Below are positions 1-10,392 of a stretch of 64,000 nt of DNA, one piece after another. Positions within the stretch are counted from its first letter, which is position 1. Each line of letters starts with the position of its first letter. The DNA lies in assembly GCA_001874255.1 (NCBI GenBank), contig MPDC01000009.1:30490-94489 (forward strand), given 5' to 3'. This DNA is from Alphaproteobacteria bacterium MedPE-SWcel (GTDB lineage: Bacteria; Pseudomonadota; Alphaproteobacteria; Rhodobacterales; Rhodobacteraceae). A model generated the notes under the pieces. It had not been told where the DNA came from and ran no database searches. It worked only from the letters and a program-made list of their open reading frames with translations. A program made the translations under genes and the position numbers.

Positions 1-1122
1 GAGATCGAGGCCGGCGACACCACCCGCGTGACCGGTGAGAAATTCCTGATCGCCACCGGCACCCGCACCTATCGTCCCGACTATGTGCCCTTCAACGGCA
101 GCACCATCGTGGACGGGGACGAGTTCCTCGAAATGGAGGAAATCCCGCGCTCGCTGATCGTGGTCGGTGCCGGCGTCATTGGCGTCGAATACGCCACCAT
201 GTTCTCTGCCCTGGACGTGCGCGTCACACTGATCGAGCCGCGCGACAGTTTTCTCGATTTCATCGACCGCACGCTGATTCAGGAATTCACCCATCAGATC
301 CGTGAAAACGGTGTCGATCTGCGCCTCGGTTCGGCGATCGAGACGATCGATGACGAAGACGACCACATCGAAGTGACACTGGAGAACGGCCGTCATGTGC
401 GGGGCGATATGCTCTTGTTCGCGGCCGGTCGCATGGGCAACACGGATCGGTTGAATCTCAAGGCGGTGGGATTGGAAACCGACCACCGCGGCCGCCTGCA
501 GGTCGAACGCAAGACCTATCAGACCAAGGTTGGCCATATCTACGCCACCGGCGATGTGATCGGCCACCCGTCGCTGGCCTCCACATCGCTGCAGCAGGGC
601 CGTGTTGCCGCCTGCCACGCGATGGATGTCCCGACCGTACCGGAAAGCCCCTGGTTCCCGTATGGGATCTACTCCGTGCCGGAAATGTCGACCTGCGGCA
701 TGTCAGAGGAAGAGCTGAAAGAGCGTGGCGTGCCCTATGAGATCGGCATTGCGCGGTTCCGCGAAACCTCGCGCGGACACATCATGGGATTGGAGCACGG
801 CATGCTGAAGATGCTGTTCTCGCTGAAAACCCGCCGTGTCCTTGGCGTGCAGATCGTCGGCGAAGGCGCGACCGAGCTGATCCATATCGCACAGGCGGTG
901 CTGAACCTGAAGGGCACGGTGGACTATTTCGTCCAGAACACCTTCAACTATCCGACCCTGGCAGAAGCCTACAAGATTGCAGGCCTCGACGCGTTCAACC
1001 GGATGCCGATCCCGGATGAATACAAGGACAAGAAACCCGCGAAAGACAAAAAAGCACCCGTGAAAAAAGCCGCGCCGAAAGCCGGACCCAAGGGCGGTGC
1101 CAAGGACAAGTCGGACGGGTGA
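1..1122 (+). CDS. sthA: Soluble pyridine nucleotide transhydrogenase (Si-specific NAD(P)+ transhydrogenase), 5'-truncated by window edge
   Basis: Frame open from base 1 ([20 protein letters not shown]). Motifs [25 protein letters not shown] and [13 protein letters not shown] are typical of the SthA branch of flavoprotein disulfide reductases. Confidence 0.88.
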   Translation, partial: EIEAGDTTRVTGEKFLIATGTRTYRPDYVPFNGSTIVDGDEFLEMEEIPRSLIVVGAGVIGVEYATMFSALDVRVTLIEPRDSFLDFIDRTLIQEFTHQIRENGVDLRLGSAIETIDDEDDHIEVTLENGRHVRGDMLLFAAGRMGNTDRLNLKAVGLETDHRGRLQVERKTYQTKVGHIYATGDVIGHPSLASTSLQQGRVAACHAMDVPTVPESPWFPYGIYSVPEMSTCGMSEEELKERGVPYEIGIARFRETSRGHIMGLEHGMLKMLFSLKTRRVLGVQIVGEGATELIHIAQAVLNLKGTVDYFVQNTFNYPTLAEAYKIAGLDAFNRMPIPDEYKDKKPAKDKKAPVKKAAPKAGPKGGAKDKSDG

Positions 1123-1574
1123 GCGCACTATATATTGACGCGGATGCCTGCCCGGTGAAGGCAGAGGCAGAGCGGGTGGCGACCCGCCACGGGCTGACCA
1201 TGTATGTGGTCTCCAACGGTGGGCTGCGCCCTTCTCAGAACCCTCTGGTGGAAACCGTGATCGTTGCGGCAGGGGCCGACGAGGCCGATATGTGGATTGC
1301 GGATCGCTGCGGCCCGGGCGATATCGTCGTGACCGGCGACATCCCCCTGGCGGCCAAATGCATCGAGGCGGGCGCTCGGGTGCTGCGCCACAATGGCGAG
1401 GCCTTCACGGCGACCAATATCGGCCAGCAACTTGCCATGCGCGACTTGATGGCCGATTTGCGGGCGGCAAACCCTTTGGGGATGCAGGGGGGCGGCAAGG
1501 GCTTCGGCAAGGCGGACCGGTCGCGTTTTCTCGACACGCTTGAGCGGGAAATCCGGGCTGCCAAGCGCGTTTGA
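1119..1574 (+). CDS. YaiI/YqxD family protein (UPF0178, PIN-like)
   Basis: N-terminal [11 protein letters not shown]-like motif, DEADMWI and VVTGDIPLA; GTGA overlap with sthA stop. Confidence 0.88.
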   Translation: MSALYIDADACPVKAEAERVATRHGLTMYVVSNGGLRPSQNPLVETVIVAAGADEADMWIADRCGPGDIVVTGDIPLAAKCIEAGARVLRHNGEAFTATNIGQQLAMRDLMADLRAANPLGMQGGGKGFGKADRSRFLDTLEREIRAAKRV

Positions 1575-1778
1575 GCGCCCTGGGTCCCCTGTCGCAGGCC
1601 GAAATGCAGCCGCTCCGTTTCGGCACGCGGCCTCTCTGCGCCGGGCCTTGGCCTCCGGTCGGCCTTGCCTGAAAACTGAACCAAGCGGAAATTGGTACAC
1701 TTCTGTATTGTATCCCACTGCCAATCTGTTTGCCCTCGGGCAGAGCATGGGCCACAACCGCCGGGAAGGAGCCCGGAA

Positions 1779-2741
1779 ATGCGCACAACCTTGGTCAGTT
1801 CCAATACATTGGGCATTCTTGCAGCCATCGGCGCGGCTGCGGCTTTCTCTGTCATTGATGTGACCTTCAAATTTCTGTCTGACAGCTATCCGCTCTATCA
1901 GGTCGTGTTCTTCCGGTCCGTTGTGGCGCTCCTTTTGCTGCTGGTCATCATCATTCCGCTGGAAGGCGGCTATAGCGTCCTGCGGACCCGCAACATAAAG
2001 CTCCATCTGTTGCGCATCGCGGCCGTGACCTTCGCCAACATCTGCTTCTTTTCCGGTTTGGCGATGCTGCCCCTGGCCGAAGCGATCGCCATCGCCTTTG
2101 CCACGCCGTTGATTGTCACGACACTGTCAGTTCTGTTTCTTCATGAAAAAGTGGGGCCATGGCGCTGGGGGGCGGTTCTGGTCGGGTTTCTGGGCATCCT
2201 CGTCATCGTGCAGCCCGGGGCGCAGACCTTTCAACCCTATGCTTTGCTGCCCTTCTTTGGCGCCTGCGGCTATGCGACCCTGCATGTTCTCACCCGCCGC
2301 GCTGGCGGATCGGACAAAGCCTCCACCCTGTCCTTCTATCCAACCCTCGGGTTCCTGGTCATCAGCGCGCTGGCCGGAGTGCTGTTCGGCCATGGCGCAT
2401 GGGCGACGGGTGCTCCGGTTGCCGATTTGATCTTGCGGGCCTGGGCCTGGCCGCATGGGGCGGAATGGGGCTTGTTTGCCATCGCCGGGGTATCAGGGGC
2501 CATTGGCGGCTATCTGGTGGGCCAAGCCTACCGGCAATGCGAAGCAGGCCTCGTTGCCCCATTTGAATACATTGCCATGCCACTTGCCGTTTTCTGGGGC
2601 GTGATCGTCTTTTCCGAATGGCCTGATCGCTCGGTCTGGCTCGGCTCGGCCTTGATTATCGGGGCCGGTCTTGTTTCAGTCTGGCGTGAGACCCGCACAC
2701 CCGGGGCACCGACACGCCCCCGACCCAGATCCTCCGGCTAG
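1779..2741 (+). CDS. DMT/EamA family transporter
   Basis: About 10 hydrophobic segments; LPLAEAIAIAFATPLIVT, LHEKVGPWRW and APFEYIAM motifs. Start placed at ATG 1779 after GGAAGGAG. Confidence 0.9.
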   Translation: MRTTLVSSNTLGILAAIGAAAAFSVIDVTFKFLSDSYPLYQVVFFRSVVALLLLLVIIIPLEGGYSVLRTRNIKLHLLRIAAVTFANICFFSGLAMLPLAEAIAIAFATPLIVTTLSVLFLHEKVGPWRWGAVLVGFLGILVIVQPGAQTFQPYALLPFFGACGYATLHVLTRRAGGSDKASTLSFYPTLGFLVISALAGVLFGHGAWATGAPVADLILRAWAWPHGAEWGLFAIAGVSGAIGGYLVGQAYRQCEAGLVAPFEYIAMPLAVFWGVIVFSEWPDRSVWLGSALIIGAGLVSVWRETRTPGAPTRPRPRSSG

Positions 2742-2753
2742 AAAGGCCAGCCC

Positions 2754-3374
2754 ATGCCCATAACCGCCGTCGTTTTCGACATCGGACGAGTCCTGATCGA
2801 GTGGGAGCCGGAGCGCTTCTACGACAATCTCATTGGCGAAGCGCGCCGCAAAGCTCTCTTTGACGAGGTGGATCTGCATGGCAGCAATCTCGACGTTGAC
2901 CGAGGCGCGCCCTTTCGCGCAACGATCTACGCGCTGGCGGATCGCCATCCCGAATGGTCCGATGAAATCCGGCACTGGCATGACAGCTGGATCAAGATGG
3001 CGAGCCCGGGCATTCCGCATTCGGTGCGTCTGCTGCGCGCGCTGCGGGCAAAAGGGGTGCCGGTCTACGCGTTGACGAATTTCGGCGCCGAGACATTTGT
3101 CATTGCCCAGACCACCTATCCGTTCCTGCGGGAATTCGACCAGAGTTTTGTCTCGGCGCATCTTCGCTGCATCAAACCGGAGGCCGAAATATATTCGGAG
3201 CTGGAGGTCGGAACCGGGCGCCGTCCGGACGAGCTGCTGTTCACGGATGACAAGCCGGAAAACATCACGGCCGCAGCCGTGCGGGGCTGGAAAACGCATT
3301 TGTTCGACCACCCGGAGACCTGGGCCGCCCGCCTGGTCGCGGAGGGGCTGCTGACCGAGGAGGAAGCCCGATGA
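2754..3374 (+). CDS. HAD-superfamily phosphatase (DxGxV type)
   Basis: VVFDIGRVL motif I, ALTN motif II, KPEAEIY and LFTDD motifs III/IV. Confidence 0.88.
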   Translation: MPITAVVFDIGRVLIEWEPERFYDNLIGEARRKALFDEVDLHGSNLDVDRGAPFRATIYALADRHPEWSDEIRHWHDSWIKMASPGIPHSVRLLRALRAKGVPVYALTNFGAETFVIAQTTYPFLREFDQSFVSAHLRCIKPEAEIYSELEVGTGRRPDELLFTDDKPENITAAAVRGWKTHLFDHPETWAARLVAEGLLTEEEAR

Positions 3375-4288
3375 GCCTGGTTCAGATCGGGTTTGACGAG
3401 GGCGAGGCCCTGCTGGACTGGATCTCATTGACCGAGGCGCTTGCGGCCGGGCACGCGCGCCCCAGGGCAGAAGTGGGGGATACGTTTCTCTATCGCGGGA
3501 CCGACACGCTGTTGTCCCGTTCGGCCTGGATCGACGGGTTGGGAATAGCGGTAAAATCCGCAACGATCTTTCCGGGCAACAGCCGCCATGACCTGCCGGG
3601 GGTCAACGGCAGCGTATCGCTGTTTTCCGACGCCACAGGGCAATTGGAGGCGCTGATCGATTTCCATCTTGTCACCAAATGGAAGACCGCAGGCGATACG
3701 CTGCTCGGAGCGCTGCGGCTTGCCAACCCCGACACGCGTGAAATCCTGATCATTGGCGCAGGCACCGTCGCCGCAACGTTGATCGAGGCGTTTTCATCGG
3801 CCTATCCCGATGCACAGATCCGGGTGTGGAATCGCACCCGCGCCACGGCCGAGACCCTGGCCGCGAAATACCCCGGCACGCTGGTCGCAGAGGACCTCGA
3901 ACAGGCCGTGCCCGCGGCCGATATTGTCCTGACCTGCACGATGTCCACAACGCCGGTGATCCGTGGCGAATGGCTCCGGCCGGGCCAGCATGTGAACCTG
4001 ATCGGCGCCTACCGTCCCGACATGCGCGAAGCCGATGACACCGCGCTGGCGCGATCGAGCATCTACTGCGACAGTTTCGACACCACGCTGGACCACATCG
4101 GAGACTTCAGGATCCCGCTGGAAACCGGGGCCTTGGCGCGCGAGGACGTGCTGGCGGATTTCTATGCGCTCGACCGGTTCGCGGCCTACGACCCGACAGC
4201 GATCACCCTGTTCAAGAACGGCGGCGGCGGCCATCTGGACCTGATGACAAGCCGATATATCCTTGATCTGTGGACCAAGGCTGCATGA
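3371..4288 (+). CDS. Ornithine cyclodeaminase / mu-crystallin family protein
   Basis: TKWKTAG, IIGAGTVA Rossmann motif, HVNLIGAYRPDMREAD and LFKNGGGGHLDL; ATGA overlap with upstream gene. Confidence 0.88.
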   Translation: MSLVQIGFDEGEALLDWISLTEALAAGHARPRAEVGDTFLYRGTDTLLSRSAWIDGLGIAVKSATIFPGNSRHDLPGVNGSVSLFSDATGQLEALIDFHLVTKWKTAGDTLLGALRLANPDTREILIIGAGTVAATLIEAFSSAYPDAQIRVWNRTRATAETLAAKYPGTLVAEDLEQAVPAADIVLTCTMSTTPVIRGEWLRPGQHVNLIGAYRPDMREADDTALARSSIYCDSFDTTLDHIGDFRIPLETGALAREDVLADFYALDRFAAYDPTAITLFKNGGGGHLDLMTSRYILDLWTKAA

Positions 4289-5220
4289 TCTGGCTGCTGA
4301 TCCCTGCCTTCCTCGCAGTCGGAATACTGTCCTTGCCCTCGGTTCAGGAGGCGTTTCGCAGACCGATCACGGAAACGATGCGCCGCTCTGCCCCGGGCAG
4401 CTTTGCCGAACTGACGCAGGGCGTGACCCATTTTCGTTGGATCGGCCCGGCTCGCGGACCTGTTGCGGTCTGCGTGCATGGAATCACGACGCCATCAGAA
4501 GGGATCGTTCCACTGGCGCAGCAGCTCTCGGAGATGGGGTATCGAGTCCTGATCTACGATCTGTATGGGCGCGGCTATTCCGACTATGTGCCCGGTCCGC
4601 AGAACCGCGCATTTTTCCATCAGCAGCTGCAGGATTTGCTGGCGCATGAAGGCATCGTCGGGGATTTTATCCTGATCGGCTATTCCGTGGGTGGCTGCAT
4701 TGCCAGCTCTTTTGCGGCCGAAAACCTATCCCGGGTGCGGCAGTTGATCCTGATTGCCTCGGTCGGCTTTCATACCCCCCGGACACCCGTCGCAGCCTAT
4801 ATAGAAGAACATCCGTGGCTTCGGGACATCATCCTGAAATGGACCTACCCCATGGTCGCGCGGCGCTATATCAACACTGAACTGGCAGATGGCGACACCC
4901 CGGCGGCGGTCACCGCTGCGCAGCGCGCGCAGATCAGGCGGCGCGGGTTCCTGCCGTCCAATCTGGCTGTGATGCGAGGCCTGTTGCGCGAACCTTTTGA
5001 TGAGGACCATCGCGTTTTCAACCGAAAGGGGCTTGCGGTTCTCGCCATCTGGGGAGGTGCCGACAAAATAATCCCCGCCAACGTGATTGGACGTATGGCC
5101 GTCTTGAACCCGTCAGCGAAACAGACGGTGATCGAAGGCGCGGGCCATGGGATCGTCTATACCCATCCGCAGGAGGTGGCCAAATTCATCCACCAGAACC
5201 ACAGCAAGGGACGCTATTGA
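4285..5220 (+). CDS. Membrane-anchored alpha/beta hydrolase
   Basis: N-terminal hydrophobic anchor; HGIT oxyanion segment, GYSVGG nucleophile elbow, WGGADKIIP and GAGHG; ATGA overlap. Confidence 0.85.
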   Translation: MIWLLIPAFLAVGILSLPSVQEAFRRPITETMRRSAPGSFAELTQGVTHFRWIGPARGPVAVCVHGITTPSEGIVPLAQQLSEMGYRVLIYDLYGRGYSDYVPGPQNRAFFHQQLQDLLAHEGIVGDFILIGYSVGGCIASSFAAENLSRVRQLILIASVGFHTPRTPVAAYIEEHPWLRDIILKWTYPMVARRYINTELADGDTPAAVTAAQRAQIRRRGFLPSNLAVMRGLLREPFDEDHRVFNRKGLAVLAIWGGADKIIPANVIGRMAVLNPSAKQTVIEGAGHGIVYTHPQEVAKFIHQNHSKGRY

Positions 5221-5247
5221 TCAGCTCCTCCCGCGCGGCGCGGCGGC

Positions 5248-6486
5248 TCAGGCGACGGCCTCGGCCAGCGGCCGTTCTCGCACCGGCAAGTGGACAATCG
5301 CACTGAAGGCGCCAACCCCCACGCCAATCCACCAAACCATGGTGTAGTCGCCGTAGATGTCATACATGCGGCCCCCGAGCCAAACGCCGAGGAAACCACC
5401 GATCTGGTGGCTCAGGAACACAATGCCATAGAGGGTCCCCATGTAGCGCAACCCATAGATATGCGCGACCAGACCAGAGGTCAGTGGCACGGTCGCCAGC
5501 CACAACGACCCCATCGCGACCGAGAACAAAATGACGGATAACGGCGTAATAGGCAGCAGGATAAAGGCACCGGCAACAATCGTCCGCGCCGTGTAGATGC
5601 CCGCCAGCAGGTATTTCTTGGCATAGTATTTCCCCGCCCAGCCCGCCAGCAAGGTTCCCGCGATATTGGCCAGCCCGATGAGCGAAATCGACACCGCCCC
5701 CAATGCCGAGGTCGTGGTGATCCCCAGACCATGCAGCATCCCCCCCGGCATGATCGGCCCGCACATTTCGGTCACAAAGGCCGGGAAATGCGCGGTGACA
5801 AAGGCAAGCTGATAACCGCAGCTGAAGAAACCCAGAAAAATCAACGTATAGGAAGGGTCACGAAAAGCCTTCCCGAGGATCTGCCCCAGGCTCTCCTCCA
5901 GTTCCGCCTTGCCCACGGGCGTCGGGGCCCGCATCAGCGGCAAGGACAGGATCAGCGCAAGGACGATGCCTGCAAAGACCAGAAACACGGATTGCCATGG
6001 CATCAGCCCCAGCAGAAATTCAGCGGTGGGGGCGCCGATGACCTGCCCCGCCGACCCGGCCGCTGTCACGATGGCCAGCGACATGGAGCGGTTTTCGGAG
6101 TAACTGGCCCGCCCCACAACGGCCAGCACGACGCCAAAGCCCGTGCCTGCGACACCAAAGCCCACCAGCCACTCGTAGCTCTGCATTTCAAAGGGCGTGG
6201 TGGCGCCCGCACTCAGCACCAGCCCGGCCGCGTAAACGACCGCTCCGATGATTATTGCCTTTCGGTCGCCAATTTTCTCGGCAATGGCTCCAAAAATGGG
6301 CTGGCCGATCCCCCAGGCCAAATTCTGGATCGCAATGGCCAGCGAAAACTCGCTCCGCAGCCATCCGAAATCCTCGGCGATCGGGATCTGAAAGACGCCA
6401 AAGGACGCCCGCACCGCGAAACTGACCATGATGATCAGACAGCCCACGAGCAGAACGGGGGTGAACAGGGGGGCCTGACGGTCCAT
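5248..6486 (-). CDS. MFS transporter (YbfB/OFA-like)
   Basis: About 12 TM segments; GAIAEKIGDR loop motif. Confidence 0.9.
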   Translation of the reverse strand: MDRQAPLFTPVLLVGCLIIMVSFAVRASFGVFQIPIAEDFGWLRSEFSLAIAIQNLAWGIGQPIFGAIAEKIGDRKAIIIGAVVYAAGLVLSAGATTPFEMQSYEWLVGFGVAGTGFGVVLAVVGRASYSENRSMSLAIVTAAGSAGQVIGAPTAEFLLGLMPWQSVFLVFAGIVLALILSLPLMRAPTPVGKAELEESLGQILGKAFRDPSYTLIFLGFFSCGYQLAFVTAHFPAFVTEMCGPIMPGGMLHGLGITTTSALGAVSISLIGLANIAGTLLAGWAGKYYAKKYLLAGIYTARTIVAGAFILLPITPLSVILFSVAMGSLWLATVPLTSGLVAHIYGLRYMGTLYGIVFLSHQIGGFLGVWLGGRMYDIYGDYTMVWWIGVGVGAFSAIVHLPVRERPLAEAVA

Positions 6487-6566
6487 GGCGGGTCTCCGGG
6501 AACGAGGGTTTGCGGCAGTGTCGCCATTCCCGCGCCCGCGTCAATTCAGGAGTTTTGTGTCCACAC

Positions 6567-6581
6567 ATCAGAAAAATTGAT
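6567..6581. promoter_or_regulatory. Putative LysR-type operator (ATCA-N7-TGAT)
   Basis: ATCAGAAAAATTGAT is an inverted repeat with T-N11-A geometry in the divergent MFS/zapE intergenic region. Confidence 0.35.
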
Positions 6582-6648
6582 CCGCCCCGTTCATGCCGGG
6601 CTGTCCTGTGGCTTTCCTTTGGAAAATCATCCGGCTATGGCTTTGCCT

Positions 6649-7716
6649 ATGACACATATGAGCACCCTTTATCAGACCCGCGTCGCCGCCGGGCAGATCC
6701 AGCCCGATGCAGCGCAACAGGCGGTCCTGCCAGAGTTCGATCGTATTGCCGATGGCCTGCAGGCCGAGCCGGTGAAAAAGGGGCTGTTTCGCAAAGCCGT
6801 GAGGCCCGATGTCAAAGGGCTCTATCTGTGGGGCGGTGTCGGGCGCGGGAAATCGATGCTGATGGATCTGTTCGTCGAAAGCCTCGACGAGATTCCCAGC
6901 CGCAGGGTGCATTTCCACGCTTTCATGCAGGAAATCCACGCAAAGATGCATGTCGCCCGGGAACAGGGTGTCCAGGATACGCTGGCCCCCGTCGCGGCAG
7001 AGGTGGTCGCCTCGGTCCGGTTGCTCGCCTTTGATGAAATGCAGATTACCGACATCACCGATGCGATGATTGTCGGGCGCCTGTTCGAAGCCCTGTTCGA
7101 GGCCGGCGTGACCGTTGTCACGACCTCCAACCGGGTGCCTGACGACCTCTACAAAGATGGCCTGAACCGCCAGCTTTTCCTGCCGTTCATTGACCTCATC
7201 AAACAGCAGATGCACGTCCATGAAATGGTCAGCCCTCATGATTATCGCCAAAACCGACTGACCGGGAACCGCGTGTATTTCACGCCCCTGAACGCCGAAA
7301 CACGGGCCGAAATCCAGGCAATCTGGCGCGATCTTTCCGGCGGCTCGGCAGAGCCCCTGTCGCTGTCCGTCAAAGGGCGCACGGTCACCCTGCCCGCGTA
7401 TCGCAACGGCGTCGCCCGGGCGAGCTTCTTTGATCTCTGCGGCACCATGCTGGGGCCCGGTGACTACCTCACCATTGCCGATGCGGTAAAGGTTCTGGTG
7501 CTGGAGAACATTCCCAGCCTCGGGCGCTCGAACTTCAACGAGGCCAAACGGTTTGTGACACTTGTCGACGCTCTCTACGAAGCCCGCGTGCGGTTGATCT
7601 GTTCCGCCGCCGCCGAGCCCGAGTACCTCTATATGGAAGGGGACGGCGCATTTGAATTCGAACGCACGGCCTCCCGCCTGCGTGAAATGCAGGACAAGGA
7701 TTGGGCACAGACCTGA
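6649..7716 (+). CDS. zapE: AFG1/ZapE family ATPase
   Basis: Walker A LWGGVGRGKS, HFHAFM, Walker B LAFDEMQI, TTSNRVPDDLY and FERTASRLREMQ. Start could be 6637, 6649 or 6658. Confidence 0.92.
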   Translation: MTHMSTLYQTRVAAGQIQPDAAQQAVLPEFDRIADGLQAEPVKKGLFRKAVRPDVKGLYLWGGVGRGKSMLMDLFVESLDEIPSRRVHFHAFMQEIHAKMHVAREQGVQDTLAPVAAEVVASVRLLAFDEMQITDITDAMIVGRLFEALFEAGVTVVTTSNRVPDDLYKDGLNRQLFLPFIDLIKQQMHVHEMVSPHDYRQNRLTGNRVYFTPLNAETRAEIQAIWRDLSGGSAEPLSLSVKGRTVTLPAYRNGVARASFFDLCGTMLGPGDYLTIADAVKVLVLENIPSLGRSNFNEAKRFVTLVDALYEARVRLICSAAAEPEYLYMEGDGAFEFERTASRLREMQDKDWAQT

Positions 7717-7848
7717 GCTGAACACCGACCAGTGTCAGGCTCTGGCGCAGACGGCGGCAGCCCCGGCGCGACAGGGCTGCCAGAGCTGCTCGGGCTGCTC
7801 GGGGGCGCCCCATGGGCCGACCCGACGCGCCTCCCCGCCACAATGACT

Positions 7849-9120
7849 TCAGCCGTTTTCCCGCAGGATATGTCCGGCAAGGTACAGGGAGCCGCAAATC
7901 AGTACCCGGCACTCAGGATCCCGGGTCAGGATCGCCTGCAGCGCCGCCGCCACACTCTCCGCCACGTGACTGGTCAATCCCACCGACCGTGCCGCGGTCT
8001 CCGTCTCTGCCGCGGAAAGGGTCGCCGCCTCGCCGGGTATGGATACCGCCGTCAGGCTCAGCGCCTCAGCTGCAAGCGGCCGCAGATACCCGGTCACATC
8101 CTTGGTGTTCAACATGCCGCAAATCAGATGCGTGGGGCGTTTCGGCAATCGGGCCAACACCTCCGCCAGAGCAAGCCCCGCCGCCGCATTGTGCCCCCCG
8201 TCGAGCCAGAGCTCTGCCGCGCCTGCGGCCGCCACCAAGGGACCGGTCCTCAGGCGTTGCATCCGGGCAGGCCATACGGCGTTTGCCAGTGCCGCCTCGC
8301 AGCCCATCTCGGAGGCGCCCAGATGGCGCAGAACAGCCAGCGCAGCGCCTGCATTCTGCACCTGATGCGCCCCGATCAGCGCAGGCAGCGGTAAATCCAG
8401 CAGCCCCCGTTCGTCCTGATAGACCAGTCGCCCGGCCTCTTCGGTGACATGCCAATGCTGGCCATATGCAATCAGCGGCGCTCCGAGTCGCGCGGCGGTG
8501 TTCTCGATCACCTCCATCGCTTCGTCGGGCTGCGGCCCCACGACAACAGGCACGCCGCGTTTGATGATCCCCGCCTTTTCGGCGGCAATTTTGGCCAGCG
8601 TATCGCCCAGGAATTGCTCATGGTCGATGGAGACCGGGGTAATCACCGAAATCGCGGGCGAGATCACATTGGTTGCATCCAGCCGCCCGCCGAGCCCCAC
8701 TTCCAGCAGCGTGAAATCCGCAGCCCTGCGCGCAAACGCCAGCAAGCCCGCCACGGTGGTGATCTCGAAATAGGTGATCGTCTCGCCGCCATTGGCGCGA
8801 TAGCATTCGTCGAGGATGTCGCTCAGATCCGGTTCGCTGATAAGCGTCCCCGCCAGACGAATACGTTCATGAAACCGCGCCAGATGGGGCGAGGTATAGG
8901 CGTGCACGGATTTGCCCCAGCCCTCCAGACCGGCCCGGATCATTGCCTGGGTCGATCCTTTGCCGTTGGTGCCCGCGATATGGATCACCGGAGGCAGCTT
9001 TTCCTGCGGATTGTCCAATGCCGCCAGCAGGCGCCAGACCCGATCCAGCGTCAGATCCATGATCTTCGGGTGAAGCGCCATCATGCGGGCAAGAATGACA
9101 TCGGATGTGTCGTGGTTCAT
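7849..9120 (-). CDS. folC: Bifunctional folylpolyglutamate/dihydrofolate synthase
   Basis: HIAGTNGKGST, YTSPHL, EVGLGGRLDATN, WPARMQ and LDGGHN; follows accD as commonly seen. Confidence 0.95.
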   Translation of the reverse strand: MNHDTSDVILARMMALHPKIMDLTLDRVWRLLAALDNPQEKLPPVIHIAGTNGKGSTQAMIRAGLEGWGKSVHAYTSPHLARFHERIRLAGTLISEPDLSDILDECYRANGGETITYFEITTVAGLLAFARRAADFTLLEVGLGGRLDATNVISPAISVITPVSIDHEQFLGDTLAKIAAEKAGIIKRGVPVVVGPQPDEAMEVIENTAARLGAPLIAYGQHWHVTEEAGRLVYQDERGLLDLPLPALIGAHQVQNAGAALAVLRHLGASEMGCEAALANAVWPARMQRLRTGPLVAAAGAAELWLDGGHNAAAGLALAEVLARLPKRPTHLICGMLNTKDVTGYLRPLAAEALSLTAVSIPGEAATLSAAETETAARSVGLTSHVAESVAAALQAILTRDPECRVLICGSLYLAGHILRENG

Positions 9121-9232
9121 ATCGGCGGTCATAACAAGTCTCGGCCTCGGGATCAAAAAAGGCCCGCCCTGCGCCCGCCGGGCATCTCCGGTGGTGGCAA
9201 AGGCAGGCCCGTTGGCGCAAAGTGTTGCGCCG

Positions 9233-10186
9233 CTACTCCGGTTTTGCGTCTGCCTCTGCAGCAGGTTCGGGCGGGGTATCGTCCTGTTCAATCGCCGCCA
9301 CCGGCTCTGGCGCGGGCAGGTCGCCATGCACCTGTGGCGGCAGGTTCAGCAACATGCGGAGGATGGTGATCAACTCGTCACGCATGTCCGTGCGCGCCAC
9401 CACCCGGTCCAGCATCCCGTGGTCCAGCAGATACTCCGCCCGCTGAAATCCATCCGGCAGTTTTTCGCGGATGGTCTGTTCAATCACGCGCGGCCCCGCA
9501 AAACAGATCAGCGCATTGGGTTCCGAAATATGGACATCCCCAAGCATCGCATAGGACGCCGTAACGCCGCCGGTCGTCGGATGCGTCAGCACAACGATAT
9601 AGGGCAGACCGGCTTCTTTCAGCATCTGCACGGCAACCGTGGTGCGCGGCATCTGCATCAGCGACAGAATCCCTTCCTGCATGCGCGCGCCCCCGGCGGC
9701 CGAAAACAGCACCAAGGGACGGTGCAGTTTCACGGCCTCCTGTGCGGCCGCGATGATCGCATTGCCCACATACATCCCCATGGAGCCGCCCATGAATGAA
9801 AAATCCTGCGCACAGGCCACGATCGGCGTGCGGCCGATTTCACCCGTGGCAACCAGCATCGCTTCTTTTTCGCCGGTTTTCTTCTGTGCCGCGCGCATCC
9901 GGTCCGGATAGCGTTTCTGGTCGCGGAACTTCAGCGGATCGACAACCGGCTCCGGCACTTTGACCTCGGCAAAGATACCGGCATCGAACAGCGCCACGAA
10001 CCGGTCTCGCGGCGTGATGTGCATATGGTGGCCGCAGTTGGTGCAGACGTTCTGATTGTCGCTCAACTCGCGGTGAAACAGCATGGTGCCGCATTCATCG
10101 CATTTCTTCCACAGGTTCTCGGGCACTTCGCGACGCGAAAAGATCGAGTTGATCCTGGGGCGGACGTAGTTGGTGATCCAGTTCAT
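9233..10186 (-). CDS. accD: Acetyl-CoA carboxylase carboxyltransferase beta subunit
   Basis: Zn finger CDECG...[37 protein letters not shown] and [10 protein letters not shown]. Confidence 0.97.
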   Translation of the reverse strand: MNWITNYVRPRINSIFSRREVPENLWKKCDECGTMLFHRELSDNQNVCTNCGHHMHITPRDRFVALFDAGIFAEVKVPEPVVDPLKFRDQKRYPDRMRAAQKKTGEKEAMLVATGEIGRTPIVACAQDFSFMGGSMGMYVGNAIIAAAQEAVKLHRPLVLFSAAGGARMQEGILSLMQMPRTTVAVQMLKEAGLPYIVVLTHPTTGGVTASYAMLGDVHISEPNALICFAGPRVIEQTIREKLPDGFQRAEYLLDHGMLDRVVARTDMRDELITILRMLLNLPPQVHGDLPAPEPVAAIEQDDTPPEPAAEADAKPE

Positions 10187-10219
10187 CTATTGGCCTCTGC
10201 CTCGGTGGCGGTTTGCCCT

Positions 10220-10248
10220 CAGATAAGGGGACTTGGCGTCAATTGCAA
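10220..10248 (-). promoter_or_regulatory. Putative sigma70 promoter of accD
   Basis: Minus strand TTGCAA-N17-TATCTG about 35 bp upstream of accD start. Confidence 0.4.
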
Positions 10249-10392
10249 TCAGGCCTTCTGCGTCAACCCTATCGACGCAATGTTGCGCTTTTCGAACGGG
10301 CCGGTGGCGATGCCCCGCAACGGGCCCTTTGTCTGGCTCCGAACCCGGACAGCGGCCGCGGGACGGCCCTCAGACACGCCTAGCACCCTCGA

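Noticed and set aside
1700-1778. Cobalamin riboswitch (GCCAC...CCGGGAAGG) before the DMT gene
   Set aside because: The upstream GGGAA/GGTG..AA.CC and CCCCGCAACTGT core elements are missing.
5731-6648. N-terminal extension of ZapE in the ORF track
   Set aside because: It is antisense to the MFS gene; homologous-looking sequence begins only at about 6649.
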